Assembly: GCA_041263285.1 (NCBI GenBank)
Contig: JBFSVS010000001.1
Coordinates: 18,519-82,518, forward strand
From: Holophagaceae bacterium
Lineage (GTDB): Bacteria > Acidobacteriota > Holophagae > Holophagales > Holophagaceae
Reading direction: 5' to 3'
Length of the DNA: 64,000 bases
Part shown: positions 22,464-30,902 of the stretch, one piece after another
Position numbering within the stretch: position 1 is the first letter of the stretch
Layout: every line of letters begins with the position of its first letter
The notes under the pieces: model-generated
The model's database searches: none
What the model saw: the letters and a program-made list of their open reading frames with translations, nothing else
Told to the model about the DNA's origin: nothing
Position numbers and translations under genes: made by a program

Positions 22464-23981
22464 GTGGACACTCCCCATTCATACAATCAACTTCGTCAAG
22501 TTCGGGAAGAAAAGTTAAAAAAGATTCAGGCTATTACGGGCGAAGCATATCCCAGTAAAGTTCACAAGACCCATTCTTTAGTTGAATTTGTAAGAGAATT
22601 TCAGTCACTAGATGAACTTACCCTTCAAGGAATAGTGAAGACTATTTTTATTATGGGTCGAGTCGTTTCTCTTCGGAATCAAGGCAAGACCATCTTCCTT
22701 CATTTATTTGAAGGGGGAGTTAAAGTCCAAGTCTATTTGAGGAAAGATGCTTTGACAGACAAACAATGGGAACTAATGCATCTTATTGATCTCGGCGATT
22801 TTATTTCAGTGGGCGGCACTTTAATGAGGACCAAAACTGGAGAACTGACGCTTCGATCGAGCACGATCTCTTTTCTTGCAAAAGCTTTACTCCCTCTTCC
22901 TGAAAAATGGCATGGTCTCCAAGATATCGAAATACGTTATCGCCAACGTTATTTAGATCTCATTTCTGATGAAGAAGTTTTTAAAATTTTTGAACAACGA
23001 AGTCATCTCATCGCCGCTCTAAGAACCTACATGAATCAATTAGGCTACCTAGAAGTAGAGACACCTATGATGCACGCTATTCCGGGCGGAGCTACGGCTC
23101 GTCCTTTTATCAGCCATCATAATGCACTTGATATTCCCCTATACCTTCGTATTGCGCCAGAGCTCTTTCTAAAGCGATTGATCATCGGAGGCTTCACGAA
23201 GGTATACGAAATCAATCGAAACTTTAGAAACGAAGGATTGTCCACCCGGCATAATCCCGAATTTACGATGATGGAATCTTACGCTGCTGGGGAAGATCTT
23301 CGCGACATGATGAATCTCTTAGAGGGTCTCATCCGTTTTTTAGCCCAACAAGTTAGAGGTAAGTTGCATTTACCCTGGGGAGAGACGCTCATTGATTATC
23401 AGAGTCCTTTTCGTCGACTTACCTTGCGTGAGGCTCTCGTGTCAGTCGGCGAACTTCCTTCAGATAAGATTGATAGTCACGATTTTATGAAAACACTTTG
23501 TACTTCGATTGGCGTACTAGAGACTGGTAAAAAATCGATAGGACTTCTACAGTTTTATGCTTTTGAACATCTGGTCGAAAGCCGCCTCATTCAACCCACG
23601 TTCATCACGGATTATCCAGTTGAGGTAAGCCCCCTTACGAAACTTGTTTCGGGTAGTACATCAACAGTAGATCGCTTTGAACTATTTATTGGCGGCATGG
23701 AGCTTGCAAATGCATACTCTGAACTTAATGATCCTGTTGATCAAATGAAACGGCTAGAGATACAGGCCAAGGATCGAGAGAGCGGTAACGAAGAAGCCAT
23801 GCAAATCGATCAAGAGTTTGTAACAGCTATGGAACATGGAATGCCACCGGCGGGAGGCCAGGGTCTCGGAGTAGATCGTTTAGTCATGTTGCTGACGAAT
23901 CAAGCTAGCATTCGAGACGTGATCTTGTTCCCGCTTATGCGCCCCCTAAAGCCTAAAGATGATTTTCTAGAGAATGATTAA
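22464..23981 (+). CDS. lysS: Lysine--tRNA ligase (class II)
   Basis: OB-fold N-domain, 'RYRQRYLDLI', 'FRNEG', 'GGGQGLGVDRLVMLL' class II motif 3. GTG start. Confidence 0.95.
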   Translation: MDTPHSYNQLRQVREEKLKKIQAITGEAYPSKVHKTHSLVEFVREFQSLDELTLQGIVKTIFIMGRVVSLRNQGKTIFLHLFEGGVKVQVYLRKDALTDKQWELMHLIDLGDFISVGGTLMRTKTGELTLRSSTISFLAKALLPLPEKWHGLQDIEIRYRQRYLDLISDEEVFKIFEQRSHLIAALRTYMNQLGYLEVETPMMHAIPGGATARPFISHHNALDIPLYLRIAPELFLKRLIIGGFTKVYEINRNFRNEGLSTRHNPEFTMMESYAAGEDLRDMMNLLEGLIRFLAQQVRGKLHLPWGETLIDYQSPFRRLTLREALVSVGELPSDKIDSHDFMKTLCTSIGVLETGKKSIGLLQFYAFEHLVESRLIQPTFITDYPVEVSPLTKLVSGSTSTVDRFELFIGGMELANAYSELNDPVDQMKRLEIQAKDRESGNEEAMQIDQEFVTAMEHGMPPAGGQGLGVDRLVMLLTNQASIRDVILFPLMRPLKPKDDFLEND

Positions 23982-23984
23982 TTT

Positions 23985-25106
23985 ATGCCTGTCCCTCTGT
24001 TAGATCTCCGTGCTCAAAATGAACTTGTTCGCCATGAAATTGCAGAAGGACTTCAGGATCTGATGAATCGATCCTCATTTATTTTGGGGTCCCATGTCTC
24101 GGAGTTTGAAAAAGAAGTTGCTGCTTATGCCCACACCAAATACGCCGTCGGAGTTTCTAGTGGCACTGATGCTCAACTTCTAGCGCTGATGGCACTGGGG
24201 ATCGGTCCCGGCGATGAGGTCATTATTCCGACTTTCACTTTCTTCTCGACAGCTGGAGTTGTCGCTCGGCTCGGAGCAACTCCTATTTTTACAGACATTG
24301 ATCCTTCAACATTTAATATGGACCCTTCTAGTCTTTCCAGTAGTCTGTCTCCTAAAACCAAAGCCATTATGCCGGTTCATCTTTTCGGACAAATAGCCGA
24401 TATGCCTACGATTATGAATATAGCTAACGGATCGGGAGTTCCGGTAGTTGAAGACGCATGTCAAAGTATGGGAGCGCGGGGTTGGGGTAGAGAAGCGGGA
24501 GAGTGGGGATCGATGAGTTCCTTTAGTTTTTATCCCACTAAGAACTTAGGTGCTTTTGGTGACGCAGGACTTACCACCATTCTTGATGATGACTCTCTCT
24601 TCAAAAAAATTAAACGCCTTCGTGTGCATGGTATGGAACCGGTCTATGTTCACCACGAAGTAGGTATCAATGGTCGACTCGATGAATTCCAAGCCATGGT
24701 ACTTCGAGCCAAACTGAAGCACTTAGAATCTTGGCACGAAGGCCGTATTCGAAATGCTACCTGGTATCTCGATCGATTAGCTCATCTAGATGCAGATCGA
24801 ATCGAACTTCCTTCTTTCAAAATTCCCCAAGGCCGTCACATTTATAATCAGTTCACTTTGAAGATCAAAAACGGACAACGGGATGCTTTTAGGGCACATC
24901 TGGGTACCCATGGGATTGGGAATGCGGTCTACTACCCCATCTGTCTTCATGAGCAACCCTGTTTTGCATATTTGGGAAAGACTCAGGGTCAGTTTGCTCA
25001 CTCAGAACAAGCCGCTCGCGAAGTAGTAAGTATCCCAGTTTATCCCGAAATGAACCATCAGCAACTAGAAGAGGTCGCTGATGTCATTGAGTCCTTTTTT
25101 CATTAA
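23985..25106 (+). CDS. DegT/DnrJ/EryC1/StrS-family PLP-dependent sugar aminotransferase
   Basis: 'VSSGTDAQLLAL', 'DEVIIPTFTF', 'SFYPTKNLGAFGDAG' (catalytic Lys). Confidence 0.9.
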   Translation: MPVPLLDLRAQNELVRHEIAEGLQDLMNRSSFILGSHVSEFEKEVAAYAHTKYAVGVSSGTDAQLLALMALGIGPGDEVIIPTFTFFSTAGVVARLGATPIFTDIDPSTFNMDPSSLSSSLSPKTKAIMPVHLFGQIADMPTIMNIANGSGVPVVEDACQSMGARGWGREAGEWGSMSSFSFYPTKNLGAFGDAGLTTILDDDSLFKKIKRLRVHGMEPVYVHHEVGINGRLDEFQAMVLRAKLKHLESWHEGRIRNATWYLDRLAHLDADRIELPSFKIPQGRHIYNQFTLKIKNGQRDAFRAHLGTHGIGNAVYYPICLHEQPCFAYLGKTQGQFAHSEQAAREVVSIPVYPEMNHQQLEEVADVIESFFH

Positions 25107-25247
25107 GGTATTTTAGGGTATTATTAAGTACTGAGTCTAACCTCATGAGGGACAAAGAGATTCTTCTCTTTGGCAATCCAAAGATTGCCTAACCAAATTG
25201 GAACAACGCACAAGCGCTGACTCCCCTTCACATAAGGATGTGGATTT

Positions 25248-25706
25248 ATGGAAATTCTATTAATTGAAAATCTTATTAGTCTCGGAAGCCGCGGAGATAT
25301 TGTTAATGTGAAGCCCGGATATGCACGTAATTTTTTATTACCTAACAAAATTGGTATTCCTGTGACGGCAGGCAATAAGCGCCAAATCGAATTGGAAAAA
25401 GAGAAAGCCCAGAAAATTCGAGCGACCGAAGTACTCGAGGCAGAGCAAATCAAGATCAAACTCTCGGGTGTTAAAGTTATTATTTCCAAAAAAGTGGGGG
25501 AAAACGGCCACTTATTCGGAAGTGTGACCAATGCGGAAGTTGCTTCACTTTTGCTTGAAAAGGGATTTAAAATCGATAAGCATCAAATTAATGCAGGGCG
25601 AATCAAAAGCCTGGGTATTCATTCGATTGAGGTCAAGGTGTATTCCGGCATTACAGCCTCCATTGAAGTAGACGTCGTAGCTCTTAAAGAAAATGAAAAA
25701 GCTTAA
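25248..25706 (+). CDS. rplI: 50S ribosomal protein L9
   Basis: 'MEILLIENLISLGSRGDIVNVKPGYARNFLLP'. Confidence 0.9.
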   Translation: MEILLIENLISLGSRGDIVNVKPGYARNFLLPNKIGIPVTAGNKRQIELEKEKAQKIRATEVLEAEQIKIKLSGVKVIISKKVGENGHLFGSVTNAEVASLLLEKGFKIDKHQINAGRIKSLGIHSIEVKVYSGITASIEVDVVALKENEKA

Positions 25707-25725
25707 TTAATGATTGGAGCTCATC

Positions 25726-26019
25726 ATGACTAAAGTCCTCAATCGAACGGTAGGAATAGCGGATCTAGCTTCTCGACTAGCCGAAGAACAAGATATTTCA
25801 AAAGTGAAAGCGCGCATCATATTAGATCGTGTTCGAGACAAAATGGTTGCTGAACTGACCGCAGGACATCGCGTTAATTTTTTTGGTCTTGGCGTTCTTG
25901 AAGTTCGTGATACGAAACCTAAGATAGGCCGCAATCCCAAGACGGGCCAACAAATTGCGATACCCGCCCGAAAAAAAGTTATTTTTAAAGCCTCTAAGCA
26001 TCTCAAAGAATCCATCTAA
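25726..26019 (+). CDS. HU/IHF-family DNA-binding protein
   Basis: 'FFGLGVLEVRDTKPKIGRNPKTGQQIAIPARKKVIFKASK' beta-arm motif. The ATG at 25726 follows GGAG at 25716-25719. Confidence 0.85.
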   Translation: MTKVLNRTVGIADLASRLAEEQDISKVKARIILDRVRDKMVAELTAGHRVNFFGLGVLEVRDTKPKIGRNPKTGQQIAIPARKKVIFKASKHLKESI

Positions 26020-26041
26020 ATCTTTGGAAAGGCCCTGTAAT

Positions 26042-27670
26042 ATGTCAGATCTACTGAAGATTCAAGAGCCTATTAATGAGCCTGTAAAAAACTACGAGCC
26101 GGGAAGCACTGATCGAAAGATGCTTCAAGCCACGTTGACAAATATGTCCTCTGAGCAGATTGATATGCCTTTATGGATCAACGGTAAGGCTGTTCGTACA
26201 GGTCGGACGGGACAGGCGATTATGCCGCATCGTCACCAACACGTGGTGGGTCAATATCATCAAGCTGGTGATAGCGAGGTTCAGTCGGCTATCAAAGCGG
26301 CTCTGAATGTTCACCATGAATGGTCTTCTTGGCCTTGGGAAAAGAGAGCTCAAATCTTTCTGAAAGCCGCGGATCTCCTCGCTGGTCCTTGGCGTGATCG
26401 AATCAACGCGTCCACCATGTTGGGCCAAAGCAAAACTGCTCATCAGGCAGAGATCGATGCTGCATGTGAATTGATTGATTTTTTCCGTTTCAATGTTCAC
26501 TTTTATGAAAAAGCACTCCAACTTCAACCCATATCTACTCCCGAGGTTCATAACCGACTTGATCATCGACCACTCGAGGGGTTTATTTTTGCCGTATCAC
26601 CCTTTAATTTCACATCTATTGCAGCCAATCTTTCGTGTGCCCCTGCACTTTGCGGAAATACCGTAGTTTGGAAGCCCGCTAGCACCTCAACCCTGAGCGC
26701 TCATTACTTAATGCAACTTCTAACGGAAGCGGGGCTTCCTGATGGTGTTATTAATCTAGTTTATGGCTCTGGTGCACAGATTGGATCTCAGATACTCCAA
26801 CAAAGGGATCTGGGGGGAATTCATTTCACGGGATCCACTTCTGTTTTTCAGAACATGTGGAAAACAGTAGGTGATCGAATTCACCAATATCGTGATTACC
26901 CTAGGCTTGTGGGTGAAACAGGCGGAAAAGATTTTATCTTGGCCCATCCTTCTGCTGATCCTAAGGCGCTGATTACTGCGATGGTCCGAGGCTCATTTGA
27001 ATACCAAGGTCAAAAATGTTCAGCCTCTAGCCGGGCTTATATTCCGCAAAGTATTTGGTCTCAAATACAAACAGAATTAATCGAGGTGGTTGAGTCAATA
27101 AAGATCGGTGATGTTTCTGACTTCACAAATTTTATGGGAGCCGTTATTGATGCTCCAAGTTTTGAAACCCATAAGAAAGCTATCGAAGAAGCCCGGCACA
27201 CGGCTGGAACTCGTATTCTTGCGGGAGGCATCTGTGATGATCGTGAGGGTTATTTTGTTCGTCCGACAATTATTCACACTGATAACCCTAAGTATTCAAC
27301 AATGTGTACAGAACTCTTCGGACCCATCCTCACTGTATATGTTTATCCTGATGCACAATGGGTAGACATGTTCTCGGTTGTAGATCAATCCACTCACTAT
27401 GCACTTACCGGAGCAGTATTTGCCCAAGACCGATCGGCACTTGAAGAGGCTACCAAGGCTCTTCGTTATAGTGCAGGTAATTTTTATCTTAATGATAAGC
27501 CCACAGGGGCTATGGTCGGTCAACAACCCTTTGGAGGTGCCCGAGCTAGCGGTACGAATGATAAGGGAGGATCGATGCTGAATCTCCTTCGATGGATCAG
27601 CCCGAGGACCATTAAAGAAACTCATCGTCCACCAACGGATTACAAGTACCCCTATATGGGAAAAGATTAG
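26042..27670 (+). CDS. pruA: L-glutamate gamma-semialdehyde (1-pyrroline-5-carboxylate) dehydrogenase
   Basis: Aldehyde dehydrogenase motifs 'FTGSTSVF', 'ETGGKDF' and 'GQKCSASSR'. The roughly 543-aa PruA-type length applies from the ATG at 26042. Confidence 0.85.
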   Translation: MSDLLKIQEPINEPVKNYEPGSTDRKMLQATLTNMSSEQIDMPLWINGKAVRTGRTGQAIMPHRHQHVVGQYHQAGDSEVQSAIKAALNVHHEWSSWPWEKRAQIFLKAADLLAGPWRDRINASTMLGQSKTAHQAEIDAACELIDFFRFNVHFYEKALQLQPISTPEVHNRLDHRPLEGFIFAVSPFNFTSIAANLSCAPALCGNTVVWKPASTSTLSAHYLMQLLTEAGLPDGVINLVYGSGAQIGSQILQQRDLGGIHFTGSTSVFQNMWKTVGDRIHQYRDYPRLVGETGGKDFILAHPSADPKALITAMVRGSFEYQGQKCSASSRAYIPQSIWSQIQTELIEVVESIKIGDVSDFTNFMGAVIDAPSFETHKKAIEEARHTAGTRILAGGICDDREGYFVRPTIIHTDNPKYSTMCTELFGPILTVYVYPDAQWVDMFSVVDQSTHYALTGAVFAQDRSALEEATKALRYSAGNFYLNDKPTGAMVGQQPFGGARASGTNDKGGSMLNLLRWISPRTIKETHRPPTDYKYPYMGKD

Positions 27671-27704
27671 TCAAGTAATATAAATCACAACAAAAGGTCT
27701 TTCT

Positions 27705-28868
27705 ATGAGTAGCAAAAAATCATCTCCGTTATTCCCTCTGCGAAAAGGGATTCATTCTCGTCAAGCGCATGTATCTCTTCCGCCTGGTACGTTTGAAGAA
27801 GAGCATGGACGTCAAGGATTTTATGGGAAGGTTTCCCATCTTTATCGACAACACCCTCCTACTAATTGGACTGAGATTGATGGACCACTAAAGCCAAGAA
27901 GTTATAATTTGAATCATTTCATTAAAGCCGCTACCGATTCCAAGGATCTGTCAGCTGCCCTTAAATCTTCAGCTCTAGGTAGCCAGGAAGATACTTTCAA
28001 ACCAATCTGTTTTTTAAAAAATCACGATGTAGCTCTTCATCTGGTCAGTCCGAAGTCGATGCCATTCTATTACCGAAATGCTGATGGAGATGACCTTTAT
28101 TTTATTCACCAAGGCTCTGGTCTTTTAGAAACTGACTTTGGCCAGCTGATTTATGCCAAGGGAGACTACATCACTATTCCTCGTGGGACGACGTATCGAT
28201 TTATGCCTGACCTAGGGGATCAGATGTATCTATTAATCGAGGGTTTTAGTGAGATTAATATTCCTGATCGGGGCATGTTAGGCCCCAATGCGCTATTCGA
28301 TCCCGCTATGATTGATACCCCTGAAATTTCAACCTATCAAGATACCCCTGGTCTGCATCAAGTTCATATCAAGCGTGAAAATCAAATCACTAAAGTTACC
28401 TATCCTTTTCAACCACTTGATGCTGTTGGTTGGAAAGGTGACCTAACGGTAATGAGAATTAATGTTAAAGATATTCGTCCCGTTACCAGTCATCGTTATC
28501 ACCTGCCCCCAAGTGTACATACGACTTTTTTAGGGACCCATTTTGTCGTTTGCACTTTCTTGCCGAGGCCTTTTGAAGAAGATGAAAATGCTATGCGAGT
28601 TCCCTTCTTTCACCGAAATATTGATTTTGACGAAGTCATTTTTTATAGCGAAGGTGAATTTTTTAGTCGCGACGGTATTGGGGCAGGCATGGTTACGTGG
28701 CACCCTACCGGCATTCATCATGGACCACACCCAAAAGCTATTCCACTATCTCGCACCAAAGACCGTACTAACGAAGTCGCCGTGATGGTCGATACTCTTC
28801 ATTATCTGCATCCTACACCTGCAGCTGTGGCGGTTGAAACGGTCAATTATTGGGCGTCTTGGAAATAG
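27705..28868 (+). CDS. hmgA: Homogentisate 1,2-dioxygenase-family protein (short bacterial type)
   Basis: 'GTFEEEHGRQGFYG', 'NADGDDLYFIHQGSG', 'FHRNIDFDE', 'WHPTGIHHGPHP' fit the HgmA cupin family as I recall it. Confidence 0.75.
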   Translation: MSSKKSSPLFPLRKGIHSRQAHVSLPPGTFEEEHGRQGFYGKVSHLYRQHPPTNWTEIDGPLKPRSYNLNHFIKAATDSKDLSAALKSSALGSQEDTFKPICFLKNHDVALHLVSPKSMPFYYRNADGDDLYFIHQGSGLLETDFGQLIYAKGDYITIPRGTTYRFMPDLGDQMYLLIEGFSEINIPDRGMLGPNALFDPAMIDTPEISTYQDTPGLHQVHIKRENQITKVTYPFQPLDAVGWKGDLTVMRINVKDIRPVTSHRYHLPPSVHTTFLGTHFVVCTFLPRPFEEDENAMRVPFFHRNIDFDEVIFYSEGEFFSRDGIGAGMVTWHPTGIHHGPHPKAIPLSRTKDRTNEVAVMVDTLHYLHPTPAAVAVETVNYWASWK

Positions 28869-28892
28869 TGTTATCAACTATAACCAAGCTTA

Positions 28893-28915
28893 GAAGAGTC
28901 CCCATGGGAGTCTTC
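28893..28915. terminator. Hairpin plus T-run between convergent hmgA and flavin-reductase genes
   Basis: 'GAAGAGTCC-c-cat-g-GGAGTCTTC' (one G/G mismatch) followed by 'TTTGTTT'. Confidence 0.4.
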
Positions 28916-28920
28916 TTTGT

Positions 28921-29772
28921 TTATTCTGCAGAATAGATATGAATCCAATACCAAGCATCTTCCAGGCGATGATTGTGAATAGCTTCGGTAATGTATTGCT
29001 CTAGATGAGGTTTAGTCATTTGGGCATCTTCGGGTGACCGAAGGCCCATAAAAGAGGGCTTATGATCGCTGTTGGCTAAACGGCCCAAATCATTAGCCGT
29101 AAGAAAAGTAGCAGTCTTCAGGCAGTCAGGAAGGGCATCGTAGCCAATAGGCTCTCCCATAGGCTTAGCGACTTTAAATAAAGCTTCTCCATGCGCTCGT
29201 GTGTAGTAGGCGCCTCCATTGCGCCCGATTTGATCTAAACGCTCTGGATCGGGGAGGTTATTTAGAAGACAATCTTCAGAGATATGGAAACAAAGAACTT
29301 CACCGATAATCATTAATCCCGATCCTGGACCAGATCCTAATTCAATAATCTGATTCAACCGACATTCCATTTGAAAAGGACTCTCTTTTACTAAAGCAGG
29401 CTGAATCATCTTTGCTTTTTCTGGAGTAAGTCCTGATTTAACAAATTCATCGAAATTTGGTGGATAGTCCGCTGAGCTAATATTCATCTGTTCAGTCATT
29501 GCAAAACTAACAGTGGCTACGACAAACTGTTCTGTTGATTTAATGTTTCGATAAGTATCTTTCAAACTCCCATCTCGACCCCGTCTATTGGGAGCAAAGG
29601 CAATGGTGGGCGGATTACTCCCAAAAGCATTAAAAAAGGAAAAAGGAGCAAGGTTTCGACTTCCTTCGCTGTTGATTGTGCTGACCAAAGCAATAGGTCT
29701 TGGCGTAATTCCTCCACAAAGCCATGCGTTGGTCTCGATGGGGCTGAGGCTCTTTGCTTCAATGGTTTTCAT
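28921..29772 (-). CDS. Flavin reductase-like FMN-binding domain protein with C-terminal extension
   Basis: 'GGITPRPIALVSTINSEGSRNLAPFSFFN' is the classic Flavin_Reduct domain start. Confidence 0.7.
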   Translation of the reverse strand: MKTIEAKSLSPIETNAWLCGGITPRPIALVSTINSEGSRNLAPFSFFNAFGSNPPTIAFAPNRRGRDGSLKDTYRNIKSTEQFVVATVSFAMTEQMNISSADYPPNFDEFVKSGLTPEKAKMIQPALVKESPFQMECRLNQIIELGSGPGSGLMIIGEVLCFHISEDCLLNNLPDPERLDQIGRNGGAYYTRAHGEALFKVAKPMGEPIGYDALPDCLKTATFLTANDLGRLANSDHKPSFMGLRSPEDAQMTKPHLEQYITEAIHNHRLEDAWYWIHIYSAE

Positions 29773-29783
29773 TAGAGATTCAC

Positions 29784-30803
29784 CTAATTTCCAGATTCGC
29801 CAGTGGGGGTTTGACCAAAAAGATTACCCAGGGAGCCGCCCAGAAGCGTGGGAGCTACCCCTTGAAGCCGCTCTTCTTGGCGTACAATCGTATTCGATAA
29901 AGATCCCAAGCCCGTGATTTCCATCCTTACCTCATCTCCAGGCTTAAGCCATAGATTGTCAGTAATCTTAGAGCCATTCAATTCTAAAAGACAACCACTA
30001 CCCACGGTCCCCGATCCAACGACTTCTCCAGGCCTCAGATGAATTCCGTAAGAGGTTCTTTGTAAAATCTGAGCAAAAGTCCAATTCATTGAGTTGGAAT
30101 TTCCCTCCGATAAGAGTTTATTATTCAGAAAAGCTTTCATGCTTGCCTCAAGTACATCACCAGTAGGGGTCGATCGTAGGCTCAGTTCATCTTTCGTGAC
30201 CAACCAAGGACCCAAACTGGTTGCAAAGTCCTTGCCTTTTGCGGGCCCCAAGGATAATTTCATCTCTTCCATTTGAAGATAACGAGCGCTCCAGTCATTC
30301 ATGATCATATATCCAAAAATGGCATCATCACATTCTTCGATCGTTGCATTCCAAAGCGGTTTTCCTAGAACGATGGCGACTTCAAGTTCATAATCCAATT
30401 TCATCAGATGATGCCCTTGAACAAGAACTTTGCCTGGACCGGTGATGGCTAAATGATTGGTGAAATAGGTGACAGGGAACAGGTCGAATTCGGGGATCAT
30501 CTCAAGCCCTCGGTTTTTTCGAGCTGTGGCGACATGTTGGCGAAAGGCGTAAGCATCTCGCATCGAAATAGGATTGGGAAGGGGGCTAAGAATTTCTACG
30601 TCAGAAAGATCGAAAAGGGTTGATGGAGGTGGGGACGCAAGAGCTTTTTTGAGTCTTGGTAAATAGTGAGGATGATTCTCGATCAGCTCGAGCATAGTGA
30701 GCGATATTGGCTCATCGAGTTTTGAAAAATCAATGCCTTGATTATCGCTGACGACCGCTCCGATCTTCGATTGTCCCAAATGTCTAAAAGTAATGAGTTT
30801 CAT
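29784..30803 (-). CDS. Fumarylacetoacetate hydrolase (FAH)-family protein
   Basis: N-terminal 'MKLITFRH...KIGAVV' and catalytic-domain pattern 'YELEVAIVLGK', 'NDWSAR', 'GEVVGSGT'. At 339 aa it is shorter than canonical FahA, so the substrate is uncertain. Confidence 0.8.
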   Translation of the reverse strand: MKLITFRHLGQSKIGAVVSDNQGIDFSKLDEPISLTMLELIENHPHYLPRLKKALASPPPSTLFDLSDVEILSPLPNPISMRDAYAFRQHVATARKNRGLEMIPEFDLFPVTYFTNHLAITGPGKVLVQGHHLMKLDYELEVAIVLGKPLWNATIEECDDAIFGYMIMNDWSARYLQMEEMKLSLGPAKGKDFATSLGPWLVTKDELSLRSTPTGDVLEASMKAFLNNKLLSEGNSNSMNWTFAQILQRTSYGIHLRPGEVVGSGTVGSGCLLELNGSKITDNLWLKPGDEVRMEITGLGSLSNTIVRQEERLQGVAPTLLGGSLGNLFGQTPTGESGN

Positions 30804-30854
30804 ATCAAAATCCTTATTCCTTTTAGTCTAGCCCCCGATCTTCGATCCCTTAAA

Positions 30855-30887
30855 ATAAAAAAAGGTGCCCATAGGCACCTTTTTTTA
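30855..30887 (-). terminator. Rho-independent terminator (symmetrical, A-run/T-run flanked)
   Basis: 'AAAAAAAGGTGCC-cata-GGCACCTTTTTTT', 16 nt downstream of the receptor gene stop. Confidence 0.75.
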
Positions 30888-30902
30888 TGAACTGACTCTA
30901 AC

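Noticed and set aside
25107-25247. 140-nt leader upstream of rplI checked for an r-protein autoregulatory leader
   Set aside because: I saw no recognisable conserved structure. rplI is also detached from the usual rpsF-ssb-rpsR context, so nothing is supportable.
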